Shown: piece after piece, positions 1 to 9,164 of the stretch
How positions within the stretch are numbered: the first letter of the stretch is position 1
Layout of the letters: the number at the start of each line of letters is the position of its first letter
Made by a program: the position numbers and the translations under genes
DNA from: a virus
Lineage: Duplodnaviria > Caudoviricetes
IMG/VR virus record: IMGVR_UViG_3300038608_000013
Coordinates: 1 to 43,693 of that record
Reading direction: 5' to 3' (one strand)
Length of the DNA: 43,693 nucleotides
Notes under the pieces: generated by a model
Database searches by the model: none
Told to the model about the DNA's origin: nothing
Seen by the model: only the letters and a program-made list of their open reading frames with translations

Positions 1-107
1 GTGTCGAAATCGTTGTCGGTATCGAACACCATCGCTTCCCGTTCCTGGTAGATGAGGCCGCTTTCCTTGGGAATGTTGGTGCGCACAAACCACGCATCGG
101 CATCCGT
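1..107. repeat. Terminal direct repeat, copy 1 (assembly circularisation overlap)
   Basis: 1-107 is identical to 43587-43693 and lies inside the capsid ORF, which reads through the join. Confidence 0.95.
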
Positions 108-833
108 CAGGTAATGGTTCATCTTGATGCCCTGAGGAAGGGCATTGGTGGACTGAATCACGTTGATCGCGTTGTTCGCCGTATCGCTTTGGAGAACACT
201 CTTGACCACGCGATTCGCCTCGAACCACAACTGTCGTGGCACGATGAGGCATTGCGGCTTCAGCGCGAACGCATGGCCTGAATCCGTGGTGGCACCCATG
301 ATCTGAATGATCAGATCCTCCAGCGCAGCTTGCGAGAAGTCTGCCGCAACCGCCAGCTCGTTCGACCAGGTTCCGCCCGAGGTATTCGGGTGGTCCGTAG
401 CCAGAAGCTCCTTCCCATCGCCAAATGTGTAGGAAGGACTGAACGCGCGGTTGTACAGGTTTGCCCCAACGGTTTCCTTCGTGGTGCGGAAGGAAAACGC
501 CAGCGAAGCCGTGCGCCGTTTCGCAACCTTCATGTACAGGTTGTTCTTGAGTTCTTCGTAGGTCACGATGAAGCCAAGGCCATACTGTATGTTGGTTACG
601 CGGGTCACGAACCCCTGCTGGTGTGCAGCGTAAGTCGTTCCTGAACCTTGCGGCTTGATGGGAACCAGCGGGAAGTCCGTTACTTGGACGTATTCTTCAT
701 ACGCCTGCTCGGAGGTGGTTTTTTCAAACAGGTCCAGGTATTCCAGGTCATGTGAGGTGTAATTCATACCCCACCAGCCTTTCACACCGGGCCAGAGGGC
801 CTTCGGGATGGAACCAGTAGTAATAACGCTCAT
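1..833 (-). CDS. Major capsid protein, 5' part (continues across the join to the stop at 43502)
   Basis: ATG at 833 with AAGGAG RBS. Translates MSVITTGSIPKALWPGVKGWWG...LIVPRQLWFEA...NHYLTDADAWFVRT, resembling gpT-like HK97-fold capsids. Follows the scaffold gene. Missing from the ORF track because the window edge splits it. Confidence 0.85.
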   Translation of the reverse strand, partial: MSVITTGSIPKALWPGVKGWWGMNYTSHDLEYLDLFEKTTSEQAYEEYVQVTDFPLVPIKPQGSGTTYAAHQQGFVTRVTNIQYGLGFIVTYEELKNNLYMKVAKRRTASLAFSFRTTKETVGANLYNRAFSPSYTFGDGKELLATDHPNTSGGTWSNELAVAADFSQAALEDLIIQIMGATTDSGHAFALKPQCLIVPRQLWFEANRVVKSVLQSDTANNAINVIQSTNALPQGIKMNHYLTDADAWFVRTNIPKESGLIYQEREAMVFDTDNDFD

Positions 834-844
834 GGAAGTACTCC

Positions 845-1417
845 TTACACGCCAGCGGTGGCTTTATAGACGTGCTCGTTGATGAGCACTTCCCATTTCG
901 CCCAGTCGCCGTGGGCATTGTCTTCGCGCGGAACCAGACGAAGCAGACGCAGTTGCGCCGTACTCGTCACGATAGACGCACGCAGAATCTCGTGGTTCGA
1001 GTTTCCGGTTGTCGTATTCGGCGCAGCGGCGGATACGTCGGCATTGGCTCCGGCATCTGTGGCAACCAAAGCAGTGCCAGCAGCATCCTCTTGGACCTCG
1101 AAAACGATGTCGGGGGAATCCGCAATCAGCACAGTCCCAGCAGTAGACGCAGGAAGATACCGACGACTCAGATTGTCGGGATCAGCATACAGCGTTGCGT
1201 TGGGGCCCACAGAAATACATACCCCCAGCAAATCGCCACCACTTGATCCGGTGTAGGGTGCGACATTCCCATCCGCTTCGCGGATCATGAAGTCACCCAC
1301 ACCAATAGCCGTACCATTGGATGAATCCACGCTGTAAGGCGTGGCTGCCCCATTGTAAGGCGCGCCGCCGATGTATCGGACGGGAACAGCCCCACGCGGG
1401 CGATCTGTGTTAGCCAT
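845..1417 (-). CDS. Virion structural protein (possible capsid decoration protein)
   Basis: 190 aa, Gly/Ala-rich, immediately upstream of the capsid gene, co-oriented. Confidence 0.6.
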   Translation of the reverse strand: MANTDRPRGAVPVRYIGGAPYNGAATPYSVDSSNGTAIGVGDFMIREADGNVAPYTGSSGGDLLGVCISVGPNATLYADPDNLSRRYLPASTAGTVLIADSPDIVFEVQEDAAGTALVATDAGANADVSAAAPNTTTGNSNHEILRASIVTSTAQLRLLRLVPREDNAHGDWAKWEVLINEHVYKATAGV

Positions 1418-1453
1418 GTCAAAAATCTCCAGTGTCGGTCGAGAAAGAAAGCA

Positions 1454-1912
1454 TCAGCGCATCCGTATCCCTTCGGTTGGGATATAACGGCCATCTGACG
1501 CCTTGCCGTCAATGTTTCCTGAGCGAATGGTATCCTCTACCTCTTTGATACGATCCGCTTTTGCGGCCTGATCGGCCTCATACGTCTCTCGGTCAATCTC
1601 CATCAGGTAAGCCCTGAGCGGGCTGCCGTCATCTTTGACGCCCACGATCTTGGAGGTTCTTGAACCTGTGTCTGTGTTGCCTGGAATCACATCGGGAGTC
1701 CCGACATTGGAAATTCGCTCGACAAAGCGATATCCGCCTGCCTCAGCATCTTCCAACCGGCTTTCCTGATCATTCAACCATCGCCGCACGGTATCCGGGC
1801 TGTCATCCGGGACCGTCAGCTTCAGGCGCGGAGCACCCAACGGAACACGACTCACTCTCTCTGCACGACTTTCGTTCTTCGGTCGGCCGGGGCCACGCTT
1901 GATGGTTTCCAT
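1454..1912 (-). CDS. Hypothetical head-module protein
   Basis: Likely start METIKRGPGRPK at 1912 with GGAG RBS, abutting the scaffold stop. Confidence 0.65.
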   Translation of the reverse strand: METIKRGPGRPKNESRAERVSRVPLGAPRLKLTVPDDSPDTVRRWLNDQESRLEDAEAGGYRFVERISNVGTPDVIPGNTDTGSRTSKIVGVKDDGSPLRAYLMEIDRETYEADQAAKADRIKEVEDTIRSGNIDGKASDGRYIPTEGIRMR

Positions 1913-1913
1913 A

Positions 1914-2744
1914 TCAACTCCACTGGTAGTCTTTGACAAACTGCTCTCTCGTAAAGCCGGGTATGTCACGGACGAACCGGTCACACATCGCCTTGACATC
2001 CGATGGTAAATCATTGTACGACTTTCCGCTACGGGGTGCGCGCGGTGTCGATCCTTCCACAGCCGCCGGACTATTCCGGGCGGGATTCTTGAATTTGGCC
2101 GGCATCCGCTCCTGCACGATGGCTTTTACCGATTCAAGGAACTCCACCCCCTTCAGATCCGGTCGGCCACGGGTAAGCCGTTCAGCAACCTCGTTTGCCA
2201 CATCCTGAAGGGCAATATCGTCCTTGTACCAGGGGTTCTTCTCGAACCAGGCTTCAATCTTGGGGTCAGGGGCAACACGCGGGGCCGGAGCGTGGACAAC
2301 CTTCGTCTCCTCGACCTCGCGGATATATTCCTCGATCTGGTCAAACGCCTCGCCGTCCGAGTTCGAGATAGCTTCTTTCCGGGCGGCCTTCAACTGGGTC
2401 AGGGCGGCTTTTCGCTGCTGGTCAAGGGCTTGTTCATGGTACTTGCGGAAGTCTCCCAGCGTATTGCGGGATTCCAGCATGTCCTGTTCGAGCTGCTTGA
2501 CCTTATCAAGAAGCCGCTCATTGTTCTTGCGCAGGATCGGCATGATTTCCCGACCGCGCTGAACAAATGTCTCGGCATCTACCCAGTCATTGGGATTGCC
2601 CCGGAAGTCAGGTTTATCAACCCATCCCATTTGCAGGGCATCGGCCTTGATAGACTCATCAGGACCACCGGCTTCTTCGGTCGATTCAATCTCGGCTTCT
2701 TCGCCGACTTCTTCGTCGATTACAGCATCATCTTCGTCGATCAT
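1914..2744 (-). CDS. Putative capsid scaffolding protein
   Basis: Very acidic N-terminus, coiled-coil middle, located between portal and capsid genes. Confidence 0.7.
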   Translation of the reverse strand: MIDEDDAVIDEEVGEEAEIESTEEAGGPDESIKADALQMGWVDKPDFRGNPNDWVDAETFVQRGREIMPILRKNNERLLDKVKQLEQDMLESRNTLGDFRKYHEQALDQQRKAALTQLKAARKEAISNSDGEAFDQIEEYIREVEETKVVHAPAPRVAPDPKIEAWFEKNPWYKDDIALQDVANEVAERLTRGRPDLKGVEFLESVKAIVQERMPAKFKNPARNSPAAVEGSTPRAPRSGKSYNDLPSDVKAMCDRFVRDIPGFTREQFVKDYQWS

Positions 2745-2748
2745 GTCG

Positions 2749-3066
2749 TCATTCCTCGTTCAGTCGTGCCTGTAACTCGTCATCGTTGACTATACGATAA
2801 TTTGCGCCGTCTGTCCCCTTGAGGAAAACACCGGAATATTTACCGATAATGACGGTATCTCCGGGGGCTGCCCAAGGAAAGCCGCCCAAACCTTCTGCTC
2901 GCCACGCGGTAGGGCCAACCGCGATCAGGGTAGCCTTGAACTGTGCCTTGTCCTCCTTGTCCGCCAGCTTGTCGGGGATGATGATACCACCCCCCACAGT
3001 TCTGTCGGTCAGGACAGGCTTTACCAGTACGCGATGCCCTAACGGCTCGATTCCGGACTCATTCAT
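2749..3066 (-). CDS. groES: GroES/Cpn10-like co-chaperonin
   Basis: EPLGHRVLVKP, T.GGGIIIPD mobile loop, AVGP, GDTVIIGKYSG and YRIVNDDEL match the Cpn10 pattern. Confidence 0.85.
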   Translation of the reverse strand: MNESGIEPLGHRVLVKPVLTDRTVGGGIIIPDKLADKEDKAQFKATLIAVGPTAWRAEGLGGFPWAAPGDTVIIGKYSGVFLKGTDGANYRIVNDDELQARLNEE

Positions 3067-3280
3067 AAAGATCACCTGCCTCAAGTGTCAAAATATCCAT
3101 CACTGCGCGAATCATCCCCAGTGCTTCAGCATTTTTCTGTGCCGTGCCATCACTGTTGGGCTCCGTAAACTGGCCCGCCGCCCATGCTTCCATAATCTCC
3201 CCCTTCCTGTCCTCCAGCAGCCGGTATAGCTTCTCCGTAACCGGGTGTTTCTTCCACTCCAAGAACTCCTGCTCCACCAT
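3059..3280 (-). CDS. Small hypothetical protein (EFLEWKKHPVT motif) after portal
   Basis: 73 aa with GGAG RBS; overlaps the portal 3' end and the groES start. Confidence 0.6.
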   Translation of the reverse strand: MVEQEFLEWKKHPVTEKLYRLLEDRKGEIMEAWAAGQFTEPNSDGTAQKNAEALGMIRAVMDILTLEAGDLYE

Positions 3281-5249
3281 TGTTTATCTCCTGTAGCAAT
3301 CGCCATGTCTCTAGGGCCGCCTGCCTCCGGTTCTCGGCTGCATTGATGCCCTGGTTAAAGGTCTCCATATCGACTTCACCTCCCTCTTTCTCGGCCTTGG
3401 CTAACGCCAGTGCCGATTGTGCTTGCAGATTCAGGATAGTGGCTTGCTCCTTCTCGGCGGAGATAGCCAGCTTCTGCATCTGGAACTCATACTTCATTTG
3501 CTGCTCGCTTTTCCTCTGCTCCAGCTTCGCCATTTCCAGCTCGATCTTCGGGTCTGGAGGCGGCGGCGGCTGTTCTTCCATCGAGTGTACTTCATCGATG
3601 TTCGTTATTCCCAAAGCCTCTAAATAGCGGTGCTCTACGGCTAGTACGTTATATCCAGCTCCCGTATAGGCCGCTTGCCGCAGTGCTTCGGCTTTCGCCA
3701 TAATCTGAGCGGGAGAGGCTATGTTGGGGTCGGCGGAAGGCCGGATATCCTTCGGATCGGAGTCGATATAGTCCTGCTGGTAGACTTCTCCCGTGTTATT
3801 GCCGTCCAGCACTTCAAAATAGGACGTGGGATCGAGATAGGTACGGTTCAGTTCGTATAGCTTGCGGAATTCTTGCTTCAGCGACCGATGGATACGCTTG
3901 AAGATGCCGTTGAATACCATCATCCCTTGTTCAAGGACCGCCATCGTCGTCGCGGCTGGCTGATTCTGGCCCGGACTGTTGCCTGTCATGATTTCAGTCA
4001 CAGATCCGAGCCGGTTCGAGTAATCCACAAGGAATGACAGCACGTTGAACAGGACGGCGGATGGTTCGCGGACGGGAAGCGGCATGATGTTCTTGCGGAT
4101 ATCATCGCCAGTAGCGTCGACTTGCTTCCACTCGCCCTGACGGAACAGCATGTTTCCGCCCTTGAGCTTCACCCGCCCCAAAAACCCGGCTTGCAGGTTA
4201 TATTGGGTGCCCGAGTCAATGATCTGGTTCAAGATGGTGTTGATCGATTCATTCAGCGGCCCCAACAGGTGCCCGAACCCCAAGTCATAGAATCCCCCAT
4301 CAGGGGAAGGGATGAAGGCGTATTTGGTGAAGTGCTGGAACGCCTCGATCTTGATAACCCGGCCCGGTTTTCCGCTTGTAGTCGCTTCCCGCAGGATATT
4401 CTGCTCTCGAAAGCGCGGCATGATACGAACGACTGTCCCGCCATCGCTTGCCGTGACGATATAGGGCTCTGAATACCCGTCGCCGTCCAGATCCATGAAC
4501 GTGTGCTGTTCGAGAAAGACATGATCTTCGGCGGATGAATCGCGGGTAATGCCTTGTCGCTCATCGCGAGCTTCCTGGCCCGGTGTAGCGACAGGAGCGC
4601 CTTCGTGAAGCTCGACATCCAGATAAAGACCCGACCGTTTCCGCTCTTGAAACGACCGTTCGCTGACGCTCAAGACATGAGTTATTCGGGTGGCTTCGTT
4701 CAAGGACTGTGTGTAATACGGGACAATCAGGTCTTCCGGTCGTACCCACTGGGAGACATTATGCCCTCGCAGGGGGTCGAACCACGACTTCTTGAACTCA
4801 CAGCCTTCGATGGGAAGGGCGATGAGCATACGATCCATTTGCTCTTCCCAGTCCTCATCTTCCTCAAGGACTTGCCAGCTCATGTGCTTGGAGATACGGG
4901 AGGCTCTTTTCGCCTTCTCCCCATCCGAATCTTCGCCGATAACCCGCATCCGGACCAGATCAGTGCCGGAAATCAGGGCTGGGTAGGCTCTGGCATGGAA
5001 TTGCAGAGTGGCGATGGTGACAACGGGGAATTTGACATTAGCAGCATTTTCAAACGGGAAGTTCTTGGCTTCAACCGCTTGTAGAGCGAGCTTCATGGCA
5101 TCCGCGCTGCGCTTCTCCCATTCCGATCGGGACCCCTTATCCTTGGTGTAGTCATCAACGACTTGGGAGCCGAGGTCGGACAGTTCCGAATCGGATAGAA
5201 GCTCTGCTACGTTGGTAGAGGCGAGGATGTCGTCCAGATCAATAGCCAC
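3150..5249 (-). CDS. Portal protein
   Basis: 699 aa directly after TerL; FPFENAANVKFP, FKKSWFD, FIPSPDGGFYDLGFG segments and a C-terminal coiled coil typical of podoviral portals. Confidence 0.85.
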   Translation of the reverse strand: MAIDLDDILASTNVAELLSDSELSDLGSQVVDDYTKDKGSRSEWEKRSADAMKLALQAVEAKNFPFENAANVKFPVVTIATLQFHARAYPALISGTDLVRMRVIGEDSDGEKAKRASRISKHMSWQVLEEDEDWEEQMDRMLIALPIEGCEFKKSWFDPLRGHNVSQWVRPEDLIVPYYTQSLNEATRITHVLSVSERSFQERKRSGLYLDVELHEGAPVATPGQEARDERQGITRDSSAEDHVFLEQHTFMDLDGDGYSEPYIVTASDGGTVVRIMPRFREQNILREATTSGKPGRVIKIEAFQHFTKYAFIPSPDGGFYDLGFGHLLGPLNESINTILNQIIDSGTQYNLQAGFLGRVKLKGGNMLFRQGEWKQVDATGDDIRKNIMPLPVREPSAVLFNVLSFLVDYSNRLGSVTEIMTGNSPGQNQPAATTMAVLEQGMMVFNGIFKRIHRSLKQEFRKLYELNRTYLDPTSYFEVLDGNNTGEVYQQDYIDSDPKDIRPSADPNIASPAQIMAKAEALRQAAYTGAGYNVLAVEHRYLEALGITNIDEVHSMEEQPPPPPDPKIELEMAKLEQRKSEQQMKYEFQMQKLAISAEKEQATILNLQAQSALALAKAEKEGGEVDMETFNQGINAAENRRQAALETWRLLQEINNGGAGVLGVEETPGYGEAIPAAGGQEGGDYGSMGGGPVYGAQQ

Positions 5250-6666
5250 AAATCACGCTCCTACCGACGTATTCCTGAGTGTTCCAGCGTTCTTCGTCGT
5301 CATCTTCTTCCGGGGTATTCGCATTCCGAAGCCGGTCCATCAAAAGACCTGCCCACGATAGCATATCAACATAGTCATCATGGGCGCCACGGGGGAACCT
5401 CAGCATCTGCTCTTGAAGCGCCGGAAACCAGTCCGCTTCGGTATCAAACCGCACCCCACCCGCCCGCATTCGTGCTTGAATCGAGCGCGCCCGCTGCATC
5501 TTGTCCTTGGTTGGGATCAGAGGAGGATCGGGAAAGTTCAGATACACCCCCCGCTTCAACATCTCGCGCTTGATGAACGGACCTATCGCCCGCTTGATGT
5601 TCTCTTCTTCAATCCCGAACATCTCAGGCTGCCAGTCTGACTGGATCTGAAACAGCTTCTCTGTAATCTCCCACGAATCCAGCTTGTCCGTCTGAGCGTC
5701 AACAACATGAATGATGCCCTCATCATCCAACCCAATCACTCCAAACGCCGAGCTATCCGCCCGCGCCGCCTTCGACATCGCCAAGTCAGCCAAGGCATAA
5801 AAGACCTTCTTCTTCTTCCGATCCTCATCCGTCATCGGCAGGAAGTCACCCTTCCGGAAGTACGAGCTCGCCTCAGAGATGGGCATATTCAGGATCTCCT
5901 GACTATACCCCTCCGGCATTCCCTGTGACTCAAACTTAGCCCGCAGTTCACGAAGTCGATCCTCCGGCCACTTCTCTGGCCACAACAGCTCAGAGAAGTC
6001 ATCATAATCAGTGTGCCCCTTATACCGCCGCGACACCCAGTTCTTGTCATTCAACAGCCGCTCAAGCAGAGAGTCAAAGTGCAGCACCGTACCCACAATC
6101 CGAACCAGACATCGATCAGACCCAACAGGCAAAAGCGCCTTCATCACCCAGTTCCGGAACTTCTCCCGCCGGTCACCATTCATGACGATCTCATCATTCT
6201 CCAGATCATCACCGACAATCAGGTCAGGCCGCTTCCCGTGCCACTTCAACCCCCGCAGCTTCTGCTCACTCCCCTTAGCAACAATCCGGAACTGCCACCC
6301 ACCCATGTCAACAATGGCGTCCGCCTCGGAATCCTTCAGGAACCCCTTGATCCCAAACGTCTTCCTAAGCTCATCATTCCCATCCAGCTCATGCTTCAAG
6401 TCCCTAAGGAACTCAACAGCCTGACCCTCCGTGTCACTCACAATCAACACAAACTGCGACTCCCCAAACAGCACCCGTGACAGCACATAGGCATGCGTAA
6501 CACACGTGCTCTTCGCATGGCCCCTGGGCGCTGCAATAGCCACATACCTATCATCAAGGCAGCACAAATCCCACAGCTCCCTGTGAAACTCCGGAATAGG
6601 CGCAGGATTGTCGTACTGACTCAGAAGGAAATTCTTGACAACACCCTCGATTACAGCACCGTCCAT
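5239..6666 (-). CDS. terL: Terminase large subunit
   Basis: Walker A APRGHAKST, Walker B LIVGDDLE, coupling motif VGT, nuclease acidic residues ADLA...DSS...HDDYVD. Confidence 0.93.
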   Translation of the reverse strand: MDGAVIEGVVKNFLLSQYDNPAPIPEFHRELWDLCCLDDRYVAIAAPRGHAKSTCVTHAYVLSRVLFGESQFVLIVSDTEGQAVEFLRDLKHELDGNDELRKTFGIKGFLKDSEADAIVDMGGWQFRIVAKGSEQKLRGLKWHGKRPDLIVGDDLENDEIVMNGDRREKFRNWVMKALLPVGSDRCLVRIVGTVLHFDSLLERLLNDKNWVSRRYKGHTDYDDFSELLWPEKWPEDRLRELRAKFESQGMPEGYSQEILNMPISEASSYFRKGDFLPMTDEDRKKKKVFYALADLAMSKAARADSSAFGVIGLDDEGIIHVVDAQTDKLDSWEITEKLFQIQSDWQPEMFGIEEENIKRAIGPFIKREMLKRGVYLNFPDPPLIPTKDKMQRARSIQARMRAGGVRFDTEADWFPALQEQMLRFPRGAHDDYVDMLSWAGLLMDRLRNANTPEEDDDEERWNTQEYVGRSVICGY

Positions 6667-6698
6667 AAGAGCCTTTTAAGTAGTAGCAGCGTCATTGT

Positions 6699-7088
6699 TC
6701 AGTGAATGACCAGCACAGCGCCATCCCTTGAGCCGCAAGGGAGCAAATTCTTATCAACCCACTCACGGTAAGCCCCAGCATTCAGGTCTCTTGCTGAATT
6801 CAAAACAATCAGATCAGGACGGTAGTTGCGCCAATGTAGCCCATTCATCTTAGTCCCATAAGACACCGCTAGAACTCTGAACATCTTGTCACCCATGCAA
6901 GCGATAAAATCGGATGGGGCATCCTTCAAAAGACCATCTGCCCCATAAGAACACCCAAGACGAGAAGCCAGCAGATAGCCCTTTAGCTTACCCACCATCT
7001 CAGCAGCATGACTTTCGTCATCAGCAACCATTAGAATAAACTTATATTCATCATCAAGAATTCGTGACAGCAGACTCACATAGTTCAT
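6699..7088 (-). CDS. TerL-ATPase-like paralogue lacking Walker A/B
   Basis: 129 aa aligning by eye to TerL residues ~58-192 (e.g. GLHWRNYRPDLIV vs GLKWHGKRPDLIV). Start could be as far up as 7223. Confidence 0.7.
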   Translation of the reverse strand: MNYVSLLSRILDDEYKFILMVADDESHAAEMVGKLKGYLLASRLGCSYGADGLLKDAPSDFIACMGDKMFRVLAVSYGTKMNGLHWRNYRPDLIVLNSARDLNAGAYREWVDKNLLPCGSRDGAVLVIH

Positions 7089-7215
7089 ATAAGCCCATCG
7101 GCGCTTTAAAACGCTAGCAGCGTCGGAAGGTGGGTTATGCCCGCGCCCGACTGCTTGCCCTTTCCCCCCACCCCCCGGGCTAGCTAGGGACCGGCGGGGC
7201 CAGATCATCCCGAGC

Positions 7216-7743
7216 TCAGCCACTGGACGGAGTGCATGTGCCGTCTATCGTGCGACCCGAGATGGTGCGCATTTGCTCGCGCAGTTGATCCAACTTGGTG
7301 CTGTCATGCCGGACGATCTCGGTTGCTTCACCACGCACAATCTGCCGTTTATCGGCGGCGATCGCTGCAACAACGGCCGCATCCCGTGCAGAGACTGGGA
7401 CGTTGACCAGCTCGTGAACATCGTTGCCGTCGGCATCCTTGCGCTTGACCAGCCGGCAATCGCCTTGCGCTATTCTGGTGCGTGCAGCCTCTACAGCGCT
7501 GTGTATTAGACCAGACAGCGCTGCGTCGAGCTCATCCTGTTTGCGAAGGCGCAGTTCGGCAACAAGTGCCGACCACCAAGGCAGGCTGGCCCACTCTGTA
7601 ACGGTCCTGACTGGCACGCCAGACGCTGCCGCCGACTCTCGCACGTTACCGCAGACGACATAATGCGTGGCCGCTGCAATAATTGTTTCGTGCGAGTGAT
7701 AGGATCCATGTCGGCCTGGGATGAGCTCATGAAGGTCGGTCAC
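7216..7743 (-). CDS. Putative terminase small subunit
   Basis: GTG start with GAGG RBS, N-terminal HTH-like segment (NVRESAAASGVPVRTVTEW), first gene of the late arm. Confidence 0.6.
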   Translation of the reverse strand: MTDLHELIPGRHGSYHSHETIIAAATHYVVCGNVRESAAASGVPVRTVTEWASLPWWSALVAELRLRKQDELDAALSGLIHSAVEAARTRIAQGDCRLVKRKDADGNDVHELVNVPVSARDAAVVAAIAADKRQIVRGEATEIVRHDSTKLDQLREQMRTISGRTIDGTCTPSSG

Positions 7744-8067
7744 TGCGTTCCTCTCTATCTACCTATAAACACTCTGGCACACACCACCCTACCATCGTCT
7801 CGCAATTGATAATGGTTATCAATCGTGAATTGGCTGTAACGGCAGGTGGCGTATACCTGTAACCGGCTGTCCGGGTCGGCCTGCACCGATTATCCGGGGG
7901 CTTGGCGGGTGTGTCTCCCCGAGCGTCCGGGGTTTCTCCCGGCTCCAGCCCCGCTCCATACGCTGCGTTTATAGCACGGCGCTGTGCGGGCTGCAATGCT
8001 GGGTTGTGCCAGATATAAATACGCTGATCCTTGCGACGAATCGATCTAACCCGGGCGCAGATATAGC

Positions 8068-8095
8068 TTGATCACGGGCCGGGACGGTATATAGT
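8068..8095 (+). promoter_or_regulatory. Candidate sigma70 early promoter
   Basis: TTGATC-16 nt-TATAGT upstream of the first plus-strand gene. Confidence 0.45.
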
Positions 8096-8131
8096 TGGCG
8101 GTAGATACAACAAACCACGAGGGTACGAAAG

Positions 8132-8371
8132 ATGTCGCTAATAGCGGAACGCACTCAACTAGTCAGGGACCTTGAGTCCGCCGTGCTCGATCATTGCATG
8201 TGCGCCAAGTTTATCGCGGAGGGGAAGCGGTACACAGTGATTTATCCCAACGGATTTATCCCCAATGGCGCGCGCGTTTCCGCACTGAACGGGAAAGCGC
8301 CTGCGCTGGAGACTCTGCTAAGTGTTATGGAGCGCCACTGGCAAGAATCAATGTTCTGGAAACAAGCATAA
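8132..8371 (+). CDS. Hypothetical early protein
   Basis: 79 aa ORF with GAGG RBS. Confidence 0.55.
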   Translation: MSLIAERTQLVRDLESAVLDHCMCAKFIAEGKRYTVIYPNGFIPNGARVSALNGKAPALETLLSVMERHWQESMFWKQA

Positions 8372-8380
8372 CCACAACCC

Positions 8381-8398
8381 GCCGCCCTTCGGGGCGGC
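8381..8398 (+). other. GC hairpin with UUCG tetraloop, identical to the 17341 terminator stem
   Basis: GCCGCCC-TTCG-GGGCGGC, intergenic, no U tract. Confidence 0.7.
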
Positions 8399-8417
8399 AT
8401 AAACCGAGGGTAACACC

Positions 8418-8627
8418 ATGAACGATACAGCATACGAAGCACTGTACCGCGCAGCACTGAAAGCCGATGACGACTACGACGCGGCGATCAGGGCGCAGTT
8501 CGGCCCCCGCGCCACGCGCTGGGATCACGACAAATCCAAATACAACGCAGCGACCGCAGAAGCCTACAGCGTAAAAGTCGAGATTGATAAAACGTGGCTA
8601 GCCGCCATGCGCCGGAGGGCATCATGA
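8418..8627 (+). CDS. Hypothetical protein
   Basis: 69 aa, GAGG RBS, ATGA coupling to the next gene. Confidence 0.6.
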   Translation: MNDTAYEALYRAALKADDDYDAAIRAQFGPRATRWDHDKSKYNAATAEAYSVKVEIDKTWLAAMRRRAS

Positions 8628-8887
8628 TTTACAAATCCTCTTACATCTACCAGTCCGGGGCCATTGAGTGCGGCGACTGCATCTATGCAACGTCTGACGC
8701 CGATGCGGTCTTGATGGGCAGAGGCCGCGCAAAATTGCGCCGCGCCGAGCTTTTCGGGCTGTATGAAGTGGCCGGAAGAAATGACAGCGGCGACGTTCTC
8801 CGCCCAATCAGCGGAAAGCGTATTTTCCGCCAAACGGAAGACGAGCTGATCGCAGCATCTAAAGCCGCGGTCATGTACGCACCATAG
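8624..8887 (+). CDS. Hypothetical protein
   Basis: Start MIYKSS overlaps the previous stop; GGAGG RBS. Confidence 0.55.
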   Translation: MIYKSSYIYQSGAIECGDCIYATSDADAVLMGRGRAKLRRAELFGLYEVAGRNDSGDVLRPISGKRIFRQTEDELIAASKAAVMYAP

Positions 8888-8907
8888 AAGCCAACCGGAG
8901 CATAACA

Positions 8908-9141
8908 ATGACCGCACAATTTGAAATCGGCAAAACCTACACCACGCGCAGCATTGTGAACGCCGACCATATCCACAGCGCTCGCATCCTCTCACGCACG
9001 GCGCACACGGTAACGGTGGCACTTGGCGGATGCACCACCACAGGACCCAAGACCTTCCGCGTCCGACCTGACTACACCGGGGCCGAATGCTTCCGGCCCG
9101 AGGGATCTTACAGCATGGCACCGACCATTAGCGCCGGCTAA
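8908..9141 (+). CDS. Hypothetical protein
   Basis: 77 aa, GGAG RBS. Confidence 0.6.
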   Translation: MTAQFEIGKTYTTRSIVNADHIHSARILSRTAHTVTVALGGCTTTGPKTFRVRPDYTGAECFRPEGSYSMAPTISAG

Positions 9142-9164
9142 CAAACACACTGGAGGGTAACGCC

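Noticed and set aside
1-107. Biological terminal repeat
   Set aside because: It falls mid-capsid gene and is best explained as an assembler overlap of a circular contig.
7744-8131. tRNA, ncRNA or genes in the divergent intergenic region
   Set aside because: No cloverleaf or convincing ORF; it probably holds the divergent promoters only.
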